Assembly (NCBI GenBank): GCA_052146795.1
Contig: JBKQMH010000188.1
Location: 2,996-66,995, forward strand
DNA from: Verrucomicrobiia bacterium
Lineage (GTDB): Bacteria; Verrucomicrobiota; Verrucomicrobiia; Palsa-1439
Reading direction: 5' to 3'
Length of the DNA: 64,000 nt
Shown here: positions 39,215 to 47,758 of the stretch, piece after piece
Numbering within the stretch: the first letter of the stretch is position 1
Layout of the letters: each line of letters opens with the position of its first letter
The notes under the pieces: generated by a model
What the model was told of the DNA's origin: nothing
The model's database searches: none
Seen by the model: only the letters and a program-made list of their open reading frames with translations
Program-made: the position numbers and the translations under genes

Positions 39215-40258
39215 GTGAACGAAGACAAAGAATCGCGGTTTCACGAATTGGCGACATTTCTCCATGTTGCCAAGCGCGGGACTCTGCCAGAGGAATCGGA
39301 GCGGGCACGTGCGAATCTGCGGGCGTTTGTCGAAGCCAATCCCGAATATCGGGACAAGGCGAAGCAGGTAGAGGCACTGCCCGCTGACGCCGACTTAGAC
39401 GCGATTGATCGGGTGATGGGTTACAAGCCGCTGCTCTTGTCGGTTGAGGATGTCGAAGCGTTTGCTGACAGGTTGGAGAAAAACCGCGAGACGTTTCGGC
39501 TCGTGCAACCGAAAGGCAAGCGAGGCAGCAACGCGAGGATCGTGAAGCGACTGCGGAGCAACATCTCTTTCCGCGACAAGTACCGCAAAGACTTTCTCGC
39601 CAAGTGGGAGCAGGCGATGCCGAAGAACCCCGAAACTCGAAAAAAATACTTTGCGGAATTGTTGAAGCGAGAGGGCATCACCGAACAACAGGCGCGGACG
39701 CAATCGGGTTTGCGGCATGATGCCTATAAGCACCTACATGCCTTGGATACCTACGACACACTGCTGATCGGCTTGGCTGAGAAGTACAATGTGAACCTGT
39801 GCGACTTGGAAGCCGCGCTAATCAGTCCTCGCGGTCTGAAGGAAGCGCAAGAGAAGCTGGCGCAGGACTCGCCACAGGAGGCCGAAATGCGCGGCAAGGT
39901 GAGGCGACTGAATCTGCGGCGTGGAGCGAGCTTGCCGACGCCGGACGAAATGCGGCGCGTGAAGGCGATGCAGAAAATCAGGCATGTGCCGTCACGCAAG
40001 GTCAAGCGGGTCGAAGCCAAGGCTGTCGGTATCGAGTTGGGAGAGCACGAGCATACGCACCAGCCCTACGCAACGAAAATGATGCTGAAGCTGAAACAGA
40101 TTTTGGGAAGATCACGGCTTCCGAAGCGTCTCCATAACCACACGATCTCCAATGTCCTAAGTCAGTTCTGGCGGGCCTATTCACCTGACGGCATTAGCTT
40201 CAGCTTAACTGCCGACATCGTGCGCTTCCACCTACGCAAGGCGAAGATTCACCGTTAG
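39215..40258 (+). CDS. Hypothetical basic helical protein of the element
   Basis: Long ORF, GGAG before GTG 39215; no recognised family. Confidence 0.7.
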   Translation: MNEDKESRFHELATFLHVAKRGTLPEESERARANLRAFVEANPEYRDKAKQVEALPADADLDAIDRVMGYKPLLLSVEDVEAFADRLEKNRETFRLVQPKGKRGSNARIVKRLRSNISFRDKYRKDFLAKWEQAMPKNPETRKKYFAELLKREGITEQQARTQSGLRHDAYKHLHALDTYDTLLIGLAEKYNVNLCDLEAALISPRGLKEAQEKLAQDSPQEAEMRGKVRRLNLRRGASLPTPDEMRRVKAMQKIRHVPSRKVKRVEAKAVGIELGEHEHTHQPYATKMMLKLKQILGRSRLPKRLHNHTISNVLSQFWRAYSPDGISFSLTADIVRFHLRKAKIHR

Positions 40259-40363
40259 AAAGCGGCTTTCCTTAGCAATCCCCGAAGTCCATTTGGGCAC
40301 GGATGCGCCCTTTACTATCCTGTCTTAAATTACAGTACATATGATTGTATCCATAAACAGTCA

Positions 40364-40400
40364 GAAGGCCGTGAGTTTGACAGGAGACGGTCTTTTTTTC
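40364..40400 (+). terminator. Possible intrinsic terminator
   Basis: AGGCCGT...ACGGTCT stem followed by a T-run. Confidence 0.35.
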
Positions 40401-40426
40401 TTGTCCAGAACCCAAGGAGTCCAGTT

Positions 40427-40636
40427 ATGACCTCAGACACAAACCCCGAATACTTCACGCCACAGGATGCCGCCTCTTTTTGCGGTTGCTCCACGGCAAC
40501 AGTGAAGCGAATCGCCGACGAGCTTCGACTGCCAGTCATCCGCACAGTCGGAGGCGTGAGGCTATTCAGCCGCGAGCAAGTCGAGCGCATCAAAGCAGAG
40601 CGAGAACGGCGGGCAGCGGAGGCGCTCAGACGATGA
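40427..40636 (+). CDS. MerR/excisionase-like HTH protein
   Basis: FTPQDAASFCGCSTATVKR...RTVGGVRLFSREQV; AAGGAG RBS. Confidence 0.85.
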   Translation: MTSDTNPEYFTPQDAASFCGCSTATVKRIADELRLPVIRTVGGVRLFSREQVERIKAERERRAAEALRR

Positions 40637-42021
40637 ATACACCACCTGTGAGCGCCCTTGCCAACTCCGCATTCGCGACAGAAGGTAACAATAAGCCCGT
40701 CGAAACCCTAGAGACTCCACCTGCTTCTTGCCTTTCTCCCAAGCCCGACACGGGTTCTGCGGTTGGGTTTGCGGAGCGGTCGCCAGCCGTGGACGTGTTG
40801 ACCGAGCCGACCAAGACCGTGAGCTACGGCTTGCCCAAGCGATTCTGTGACGACCTAGGCGGTTGGATTGGCGACTATTTCGCCTTGTTTGAGCCGCGCA
40901 CTGAGCCGAGCTATGCCTTCCACTTGGCGGGGGCGCTGGCGTGCATGGACACGATTTTAGGGCGGGACGTTTACTGGCCCTACGGGAACACAACGACGTA
41001 TCCGCAGAACTACTATCTGCTTGCGGGTCGTGTTGCGGCGGCGCGTAAGTCCACGGCATTGAGTTGCGCGGCGCGGGTGATCCAGTGTCTTGAAACGGAA
41101 GCCACACCTTATCGCATGGCCGAAGGCTTTTCGTTTGAGGCGCTGCCCGATGAGTTTCAAGAGTGGCCGTTGCGGTTGCTACTGTTGGACGAGTTTTCAA
41201 GCCTACTAGTGTTGGCTGCGAAAGAATACGGAAGCGGAATCTCGCAAGCCCTCAATTCCATGTGGCAAGGCGCGGACAGAATCAAGTTGCGTTTTCGTGG
41301 ACGCAACGGCGGCAAGGCCGTGACGATAGACAAGCCCACGCTGACGATACTAGGGGCAACGACTTTGGAGTTGCTGCAAGGGAATCTGCGGACGGGCGAT
41401 TATGGGGGCTTCACGTCGCGGATTCTACCCTTCTACGCGGAAGGCGATTCAAAGGACTTACCCGAACCGCTGCCGATTGAGCAACCCGAAGTCGCGGCAC
41501 TGGCCGACAGCCTGCGGAAGCTGGCCGAAGGCGCTAAGGGAGCGGCTCACTGGACGCCCGAAGCGTTGGTGTTGTGGGACAAATGGTATCGGCAGCAAAA
41601 ACGCGAAGCGGCGGCTAACGGCTGCGGCTTTGCATCACGCAAGCCCGACCATGTGCGAAAGATTGCGTTGAAGCTGCAAGTCTCACGCAACGGCACTGCA
41701 AACGTGAGCGAGTGGGCGCTGGCCCATGCAATCGAGATTGCCGACTGCGCGGAAAAATCTTGGCGCAAGGTGTTCGGCGGTGGCCCGCTGACGAGTGGGT
41801 TCATCGCGTCGAAGGCGATGGAGCTTTTGGCCTACATTCAAACCCATGCCTGTCTAGAGGGAGTTCCATACTGGCGGGCGAGCCGCGAGTTGAAGATGGA
41901 CAAGAACACCTTTGACAAGGCGCTGCAAACTCTGCGGGTGTGGGAGCAAATTCACGTTGCCGAGCACGGCACCAGTGGACGGCCCGCAACGCTTTTGTGG
42001 CCCAAGAAGGGGGCGCAATGA
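40633..42021 (+). CDS. DUF3987/YfjI-like P-loop protein (replication/helicase-associated)
   Basis: LAGRVAAARKST (Walker A-like), LLLDEFS (Walker B), PTLTILGATT, GGFTSR; C-terminal wHTH-like region. Confidence 0.75.
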   Translation: MNTPPVSALANSAFATEGNNKPVETLETPPASCLSPKPDTGSAVGFAERSPAVDVLTEPTKTVSYGLPKRFCDDLGGWIGDYFALFEPRTEPSYAFHLAGALACMDTILGRDVYWPYGNTTTYPQNYYLLAGRVAAARKSTALSCAARVIQCLETEATPYRMAEGFSFEALPDEFQEWPLRLLLLDEFSSLLVLAAKEYGSGISQALNSMWQGADRIKLRFRGRNGGKAVTIDKPTLTILGATTLELLQGNLRTGDYGGFTSRILPFYAEGDSKDLPEPLPIEQPEVAALADSLRKLAEGAKGAAHWTPEALVLWDKWYRQQKREAAANGCGFASRKPDHVRKIALKLQVSRNGTANVSEWALAHAIEIADCAEKSWRKVFGGGPLTSGFIASKAMELLAYIQTHACLEGVPYWRASRELKMDKNTFDKALQTLRVWEQIHVAEHGTSGRPATLLWPKKGAQ

Positions 42022-42109
42022 CCGCAACCCGCCGAGGCAAAAAGCAAGAAGCCCCTGAAATCCCGAAGAAATCCACACCCTTCTTGCCTTTTGCTTCTCG
42101 CACACGAGC

Positions 42110-42433
42110 ATGATCGCCCCGATTGCCACAGCGACCGTACCGCGCTCCCCGCGTGGCGGGCAATCCCTCTCCACAGCCACGGAAACACGTCCGTTGCCCC
42201 TTGGTGTGCGTTATCTGACCGTGAAGGGCGCGGCGGAGTATCTGGGCATGACTGAGGGGGCGGTGTATGCGGCAGTGGCACGGCGACAGATTCCGTTTCG
42301 ACGGCAGGGGCGCAAGTTGGTGTTTGACGCGGTGGAACTGGATGCCTATATGCACGGGCTAGAAGGCGTGGACGTTGCGGAAGCCGTTGCGCGGCGATTG
42401 CATAACGGCACGGTGAACACTCTGGCGAATTGA
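42110..42433 (+). CDS. Excisionase-family HTH (HTH_17)
   Basis: YLTVKGAAEYLGMTEGAVYAAVARRQIPFRRQGRKLVFD..ELDAYM. Confidence 0.85.
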   Translation: MIAPIATATVPRSPRGGQSLSTATETRPLPLGVRYLTVKGAAEYLGMTEGAVYAAVARRQIPFRRQGRKLVFDAVELDAYMHGLEGVDVAEAVARRLHNGTVNTLAN

Positions 42434-42437
42434 GGGC

Positions 42438-42465
42438 TTGACTTGAATAGTATCTGTGATACCAT
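42438..42465 (+). promoter_or_regulatory. Promoter with overlapping palindromic operator ahead of xre-int
   Basis: TTGACT-16-TACCAT; GTATC-TGT-GATAC inverted repeat at 42450-42462; GTG start 7 nt downstream (leaderless). Confidence 0.65.
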
Positions 42466-42472
42466 ATGGCTT

Positions 42473-42748
42473 GTGAAGGTTTGGACACCGAACAAGATTC
42501 GCCAGCTTCGGGCAGCAGCGGGTCTGAATCAGGCGCAGTTGGCCGAGTGGTTGGGAGTTGACCAGAAGCATGTCAGCCATCTGGAAACAGGCTTTCGGCC
42601 CGCTGGCCCGCAAACGGTGCGGTTGCTGACGATGTTGGAGAAGATGCACAAGGGCGAGCTAAAAGCCGTCCAGTCTCAGGGGAGAAAGGGCAGACATGAA
42701 CGAAGCTCAAGACGTAGCAGCGCAAGCACCAAAGCAGGAAAAGCGTAG
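42473..42748 (+). CDS. XRE-family HTH transcriptional regulator
   Basis: IRQLRAAAGLNQAQLAEWLGVDQKHVSHLETG. Confidence 0.85.
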   Translation: MKVWTPNKIRQLRAAAGLNQAQLAEWLGVDQKHVSHLETGFRPAGPQTVRLLTMLEKMHKGELKAVQSQGRKGRHERSSRRSSASTKAGKA

Positions 42749-43853
42749 GCCGCGAGGCTCACACCATATCTATCCGCGTGGCAAGAGTTGGTATTATCAA
42801 TTTACGGTCAAAGGCAAACGGTACCAAGGTGCGATTGGCGAGGTGAGCAAAGCCGTAGCGCGTGAGGTTGCCGAAAAGAAGCGCGTTGAGGCATTGGAAG
42901 GCAAGCTTGTCGAGCGACCGCTGAAAGCCCCGTTATTCGGGCATTACGACGCGGAGAAGGGGCAATTCACCAATGCTGTCGGTGAGTACCACAAATACTA
43001 TCGGGAGAATCACAAGGCGCGGTCAGCGGAGCGTATGACGTATGCGCTGCAAGCGTTGTGCGACGTGTTCGGCTCAAAGCGTCTGGATGAGATCAGTCCC
43101 TTTGGCGTCGAGCAGTACAAGGCACAGCGCAAGGCGGCAGGTTATGCGGACGCCACGACTAACCGCGAATTGGCGTGCCTGAAGAATCTTTTCAACATGG
43201 CAATCAAATGGGGTTGGACGGTGGACAATCCAGTGCGACAGGTGCGATTTTACCGCGAGAACAATGCTCGGTTGCGGTGGTTGACATTGGAGGAAGAAAC
43301 CGAGTTGCTAAAGCATTGTGACCAGCGGTTGAAAACCTTGGTGTTGGCGGCGGTGGACACTGGCTTTCGGGCGGGTGAGCTTCGGTCGTTGCGCTGGCAG
43401 GCCGTGGACTTCGCACGCGGCACGGTGTCCGTAGCCAGTTACTACACCAAGAACGGCGACCCGCGATGCAATCCGATGACCAAGCGGCTAGAGCAGGCAT
43501 TGCGAGAGTACAAGAGCGCGGCAGGGGACAGGGCGGACGGGCTGGTGTTCGGGCCGCAGCAGTGGCGCAAGGCGTTTGAGAGCGCGAAAAAACTTGCGGG
43601 ATTAGGCAAGGACGTTGTATTTCATTCCCTGCGGCACACGTATATTAGCCGTCTGGTGATGGCGGGAGTGGACATTCGCACCGTGCAAGAGTTGGCAGGA
43701 CACAGGACGATCACAATGACGATGCGTTACGCGCACCTTGGGCCGGAGCAAAAGAAGCGGGCGGTGGCCAGATTGGACGCCGAAGTTACTGCAAATGTTA
43801 CGACAGTGGACTTTGGCGCTGTACGGGTGGCCGCTGTAAGTCCCTCACTTTGA
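42696..43853 (+). CDS. int: Tyrosine recombinase/phage integrase
   Basis: N-terminal arm-binding beta domain; catalytic R (TGFRAGEL), K (TKNG), HSLR, LAGH, Y (MRYAH). Confidence 0.96.
   Translation: MNEAQDVAAQAPKQEKRRPRGSHHIYPRGKSWYYQFTVKGKRYQGAIGEVSKAVAREVAEKKRVEALEGKLVERPLKAPLFGHYDAEKGQFTNAVGEYHKYYRENHKARSAERMTYALQALCDVFGSKRLDEISPFGVEQYKAQRKAAGYADATTNRELACLKNLFNMAIKWGWTVDNPVRQVRFYRENNARLRWLTLEEETELLKHCDQRLKTLVLAAVDTGFRAGELRSLRWQAVDFARGTVSVASYYTKNGDPRCNPMTKRLEQALREYKSAAGDRADGLVFGPQQWRKAFESAKKLAGLGKDVVFHSLRHTYISRLVMAGVDIRTVQELAGHRTITMTMRYAHLGPEQKKRAVARLDAEVTANVTTVDFGAVRVAAVSPSL
43784..43806 (+). repeat. Integrase arm-type site candidate (right, inside the int 3' end)
   Basis: AGTTACTGCAAATGTTACGACAG. 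Confidence 0.8.
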
Positions 43854-43860
43854 ACATGGT

Positions 43861-43936
43861 GGCTAGGTAGCTCAGTTGGTAGAGCACTGCACTGAAAATG
43901 CAGGTGTCGTCAGTTCGATTCTGACCCTAGCCACCA
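43861..43936 (+). tRNA. tRNA-Phe(GAA)
   Basis: GGCTAGG/CCTAGCC acceptor stem, CTGCA-CTGAAAA-TGCAG anticodon arm, GTTCGATTC T-loop, encoded CCA. Confidence 0.97.
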
Positions 43937-43979
43937 GATTTACCTCACCGGGCTGGCGCGACGGAGGAGGCAACGGGAT

Positions 43980-45605
43980 TTGTTGAGCTACTTTAATTTC
44001 CTCGCGGGAATTGCGTTGATGCTATTCGGCATCCGCAGTTTGCGCAAGGGCACGGATCGGGTGTTTGGCGCCCGGTTTCGCAAGCTCGTCCAAACATCCA
44101 CCCGGGGAAGTGTTCGCGCGATGTTGGCCGGCTTTCTCATTTCCATCCTGGCCCCGAGCAGCACCGCCATGGCGTTGCTGTCGGTCGACGCGGTCAACGG
44201 CGGCTACGCGACCTTGCGGCAGATTCTGGCATTGATGCTGGGCGCGAACGTGGGGTTTACGGTCACGGTGCAGCTTCTGGCGTTCAAGTTCTACCTCTAC
44301 AACGCCATTTTTATCGCCATCGGGGTTCCGCTCTACCTGTTCAGCAAACGGCAGAATGTTCTGGGGGCGGGGCAGGCGATCTTCGGGATTGGGTTCCTGT
44401 TGTTGGCGATTCAGGTGCTGTCCATGGCGGTGGCTCCGATCAAGAATAGCGCGGACGTGCTCGAATTGATCCGGGTTCTGGAAAACCATCCGGTCTGGCT
44501 GGTGTTGCTGGGAATCCTTCTGCAGGTGGCCACGCAAAGTTCCACCACGACCATCGGCATTGGAATCGCGCTGTGCTCGCAACAGGTGATTCATCTCGGA
44601 GCCGCGTTGGCGATCGTCATTGGGGCCAACATTGGCATTGGCGTCACCTCTCTTCTCGCGGGACTTGCCCAGGGCGATACGCGGCGCATGGCGGTGGGGA
44701 TTCTGTTCGTGAAGTTGGTGGGCACGGCGGTGGTCGCGCCTTGGCTGCCGGAAGTCATTCGATGGCTGGAGCCGCTCAGTTTTGCCGGGGAGACACACGA
44801 CACGCAATTGATCGCCAATTTCCACACCGCGTTTAACATCGGTCTTGCGCTGGTATTCCTGCCGCTCGTCCCCCTGCTATCGAGTGTCTTGGAGAGGATG
44901 ATCCCGGCGGGACCCTCCACCGAGGACAAAGCCGGGGCCCGTTATCTCGACCTGACGGCACTGGAAAGCCCGCCGCTCGCATTGGGGCAGGCAACGCGGG
45001 AAATCCTGCACATGGCGGACATCGTGCGGGAAATGTTGCGGAGCGTCTATCGCTGTTTTCAGGGGGGAAGTGAGGCGCTGTGCGAGCAGGTCCGGAAAGA
45101 GGATGACAAGGTCGACTCGCTTAACAACGAGATCAAAGCCTACGTCACGCGGATTTCCGAGCAGGCCCTGAACACCGAGGATTCGCGCCGTGAAATCGCG
45201 TTGCTCACGTTTGCGACCGAGTTGGAAACCATCGGCGATATCATCGACGAGTACCTGGTGGAATTGGCCGAAAAGAAGATTACGTTGCACGTCGGTTTCT
45301 CGAAGGAAGGGTGGGGGGAACTGGATGGCTACTTCCAGAAGGTGCTGGGGAACTTCGAGATTGCCGTCTCGGCGTTTGCGAGTCAGGACAAGAACCTCGC
45401 GGAGCAGTTGCTTCGGCACAAGCAACACATCAACGAACTTGAGCGCGATCTGCGCAACCGCCATTTCCACCGTTTGCGGGAGGGCCTCCAGGAGTCATTT
45501 GAGACGAGCGCGATCCATCTGGATGTGTTGACCAATCTGAAGGCGATTAATTCCCATCTCACCGCCGTGGCCTACCCGATTTTGGAGAATGGGCGGGCGA
45601 CCTGA
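43980..45605 (+). CDS. Na/Pi cotransporter family protein with PhoU domains
   Basis: SSTA, LGANVG, QSST, IGANIG, NFHTAFN; C-terminal PhoU-like helices; ETSAIHLD. Confidence 0.92.
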   Translation: MLSYFNFLAGIALMLFGIRSLRKGTDRVFGARFRKLVQTSTRGSVRAMLAGFLISILAPSSTAMALLSVDAVNGGYATLRQILALMLGANVGFTVTVQLLAFKFYLYNAIFIAIGVPLYLFSKRQNVLGAGQAIFGIGFLLLAIQVLSMAVAPIKNSADVLELIRVLENHPVWLVLLGILLQVATQSSTTTIGIGIALCSQQVIHLGAALAIVIGANIGIGVTSLLAGLAQGDTRRMAVGILFVKLVGTAVVAPWLPEVIRWLEPLSFAGETHDTQLIANFHTAFNIGLALVFLPLVPLLSSVLERMIPAGPSTEDKAGARYLDLTALESPPLALGQATREILHMADIVREMLRSVYRCFQGGSEALCEQVRKEDDKVDSLNNEIKAYVTRISEQALNTEDSRREIALLTFATELETIGDIIDEYLVELAEKKITLHVGFSKEGWGELDGYFQKVLGNFEIAVSAFASQDKNLAEQLLRHKQHINELERDLRNRHFHRLREGLQESFETSAIHLDVLTNLKAINSHLTAVAYPILENGRAT

Positions 45606-45681
45606 GCGGATCGCTTCGGGTTCGTCGAGGGGAAACGAGCCGCTTGTCACGCGGGCGTTCGGCCAATAAACTGAGGTCGCG

Positions 45682-46338
45682 ATGAAACCCACGGGCCAAA
45701 CTTTCGGCGCGGCAGAGCCCGCGTCGTCAAGCCGCCCCGTCCGGGGCAATGCCAGCTCCTCGGTCATTTACAAGCCCGCCAATTGGTTTGAACCACTCGA
45801 TTGGCGGGCGGTGTTTGAGCGGGACCAGCCCATTGAGATCGACCTGGGCTGTGGCAAGGGTTCGTTTCTGCTCTGGGCGGCGACGACGGATCCGACGCGG
45901 AATTTTCTGGGAGTGGAACGGCTGCTTCGTCGGGTGCGTCGAGTGGATCGGAAAGCGGTGCGGGGCGGCTTGAACAACGTGCGGCTCGTTCGCTTGGAAG
46001 CGACGTACCTCGTGTCGAAGCTCATCCCCGAGGCGTCGGTTTCGACCTACCATATTTTGTTCCCTGATCCCTGGCCGAAGCGACGCCATCATGCGCGGCG
46101 GCTGATTTCTGCGGACTTCCTGGCCGATCTGCATCGCACGATGACACCCGACAGCGCAGTCAATTGCGCCACCGACCACGAGGAGTATTTCGAGTGGATT
46201 CAACGAGCGTTCGAGGGAAGCGCCCGGTTCACGGAAGCGGACCCCGTCGTCTTGCCACCGGAAGCGCGGACAGATTTCGAGAAGGAGTTTGTGGCGGCGG
46301 GGAAACAGGTGTATCGGTGCCGGTGGCTGAAGCGGTGA
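45682..46338 (+). CDS. trmB: tRNA (guanine-N7)-methyltransferase
   Basis: EIDLGCGKG, NFLGVE, FPDPWPKRRH, ATD, TDFE. Confidence 0.93.
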   Translation: MKPTGQTFGAAEPASSSRPVRGNASSSVIYKPANWFEPLDWRAVFERDQPIEIDLGCGKGSFLLWAATTDPTRNFLGVERLLRRVRRVDRKAVRGGLNNVRLVRLEATYLVSKLIPEASVSTYHILFPDPWPKRRHHARRLISADFLADLHRTMTPDSAVNCATDHEEYFEWIQRAFEGSARFTEADPVVLPPEARTDFEKEFVAAGKQVYRCRWLKR

Positions 46339-46581
46339 CGGACTGAGAATGTTTCGCCGGAATGATAGGGATTCTTGCGGGTTTGCAACACCGGAGTTGT
46401 TCAGCGGGGTTTACAATATTTGGTCATATCTGTTCAGCGGTTGGACAGACGAGCGGCTTTCGGACCGGGGCAAGTCGTTGGGGCGGGAGTAGTAGTATCG
46501 ACGGCTTTCTCAGCTAGGTCTTGGCATGCAGGGTGGCAGCACTTGCTGGTAGATGGCAAGTCTCTCGGTATCAAGGTGAAC

Positions 46582-46597
46582 GGGCACGAAAAATGCA
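46582..46597 (+). promoter_or_regulatory. sigma54 (-24/-12) promoter candidate for the tad operon
   Basis: GGGCACGAAAAATGCA: GG-N10-GC. Confidence 0.6.
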
Positions 46598-46669
46598 TAA
46601 AATCGACGGTGGACATTGGCAACAGGCGTGATATGGTCAAACGAGGTCGCACTATCAAGGAGAAGAGTT

Positions 46670-47167
46670 GTGAAACTGCTTAGCATGATCGCCGTCAAGT
46701 TCGGCAGGCTGGTTCGCGCCCGAAGCGGAAACTCGATGGTGGAGTTTGCGCTGATTCTGCCACTCTTCTTATTGCTCACCCTCGGAGTCTTGGATTTCGG
46801 AAGGCTTTTCTGGACACAAGAGACGTTGTCGTACGCGCTTCGCGAGGCCGGTCGATACGCGGTGACCGGTCAGCACATGAGCAGCACCAACGGCGCGCTG
46901 TCGCGGGTGCAATCAATCATCAACGTCGCCAGGCAATACTCGGCTGGAATTGACGTTTCACAGATTACCGTGAGTACCCTTCCATGCCCCACCTGCGCCG
47001 TGGTCAGCAACTCTGCCGGCGGTAAAGACCAGACGGTGGTTATCTCTTTAACGACCGCGCTGAAACTGCTGACACCGGTGGGTGCGTTCTTCCCGAACAA
47101 CACGTACACGTTCACGACCAGTACGGCATTCCGAAACGAACCGTTCAACCCCGCCATGGATAATTAG
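46670..47167 (+). CDS. tadE: TadE/TadG-like minor pseudopilin
   Basis: GNSMVEFALILP, REAGRYA, FRNEPF; AAGGAG RBS. Confidence 0.88.
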   Translation: MKLLSMIAVKFGRLVRARSGNSMVEFALILPLFLLLTLGVLDFGRLFWTQETLSYALREAGRYAVTGQHMSSTNGALSRVQSIINVARQYSAGIDVSQITVSTLPCPTCAVVSNSAGGKDQTVVISLTTALKLLTPVGAFFPNNTYTFTTSTAFRNEPFNPAMDN

Positions 47168-47176
47168 GTTCCGGCG

Positions 47177-47749
47177 ATGAGATTGACACACAAATGGATG
47201 TCGATGGGACGAAACCAGTCCGGCCAGGCATTGGTTGAGTTCATGTTCGTTGCGTTCATTGTTCTATTCCTGTTGTTTGGGATGATCGATTTCTGTCGAT
47301 CGATCTCCACGGATCAGGTGATCATCAACCTGTCTCGCGAGGGAGCCAATCTCGCGGCCCGTGGTTCGGTTGCGAGTAGCACGGACGCCGCGATCTCGAA
47401 TGCTATCGCGGGCGTCATCGCCGAGGCGAGTCCCCTCAGCATTACGTCGAACGGGGAAGTGATCATCTCGGCGGTAGTCAACACCGGCAATAGCTATGTG
47501 ATCTCAAATCAGGTTTCGGAGGGAAAGCTAACGCTCCCCAGCAAGATCGGGGTCCTGAATGGCACCGCCAAGCTGCCCAATGTTAGCGCGGCGAGTAGTG
47601 CTTCAGCCATCCCGCAATCCAATCAAACCACGTTTGTGGCCGAAGTGTTCTACAACTTTACGCCGGTGACTTCTCTGGGCAACGTTCTGGTTGGCAATCT
47701 CCACGGCTTCGCGGTGACGAACCAGCTGTACGATGCCGCGTATTTTTAG
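47177..47749 (+). CDS. TadE/TadF-like minor pseudopilin
   Basis: GQALVEF, REGANLAAR, VAEVFY. Confidence 0.85.
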   Translation: MRLTHKWMSMGRNQSGQALVEFMFVAFIVLFLLFGMIDFCRSISTDQVIINLSREGANLAARGSVASSTDAAISNAIAGVIAEASPLSITSNGEVIISAVVNTGNSYVISNQVSEGKLTLPSKIGVLNGTAKLPNVSAASSASAIPQSNQTTFVAEVFYNFTPVTSLGNVLVGNLHGFAVTNQLYDAAYF

Positions 47750-47758
47750 GGTGTTATC

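Larger units (their letters stand above)
35503..43899. mobile_element. ~8.4 kb integrative element (phage-satellite/IME-like) inserted in tRNA-Phe
   Basis: 42 bp terminal direct repeats, tyrosine integrase, excisionase-like HTHs, DUF3987 protein, XRE regulator; visibly more AT-rich than the flanks. Confidence 0.92.
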
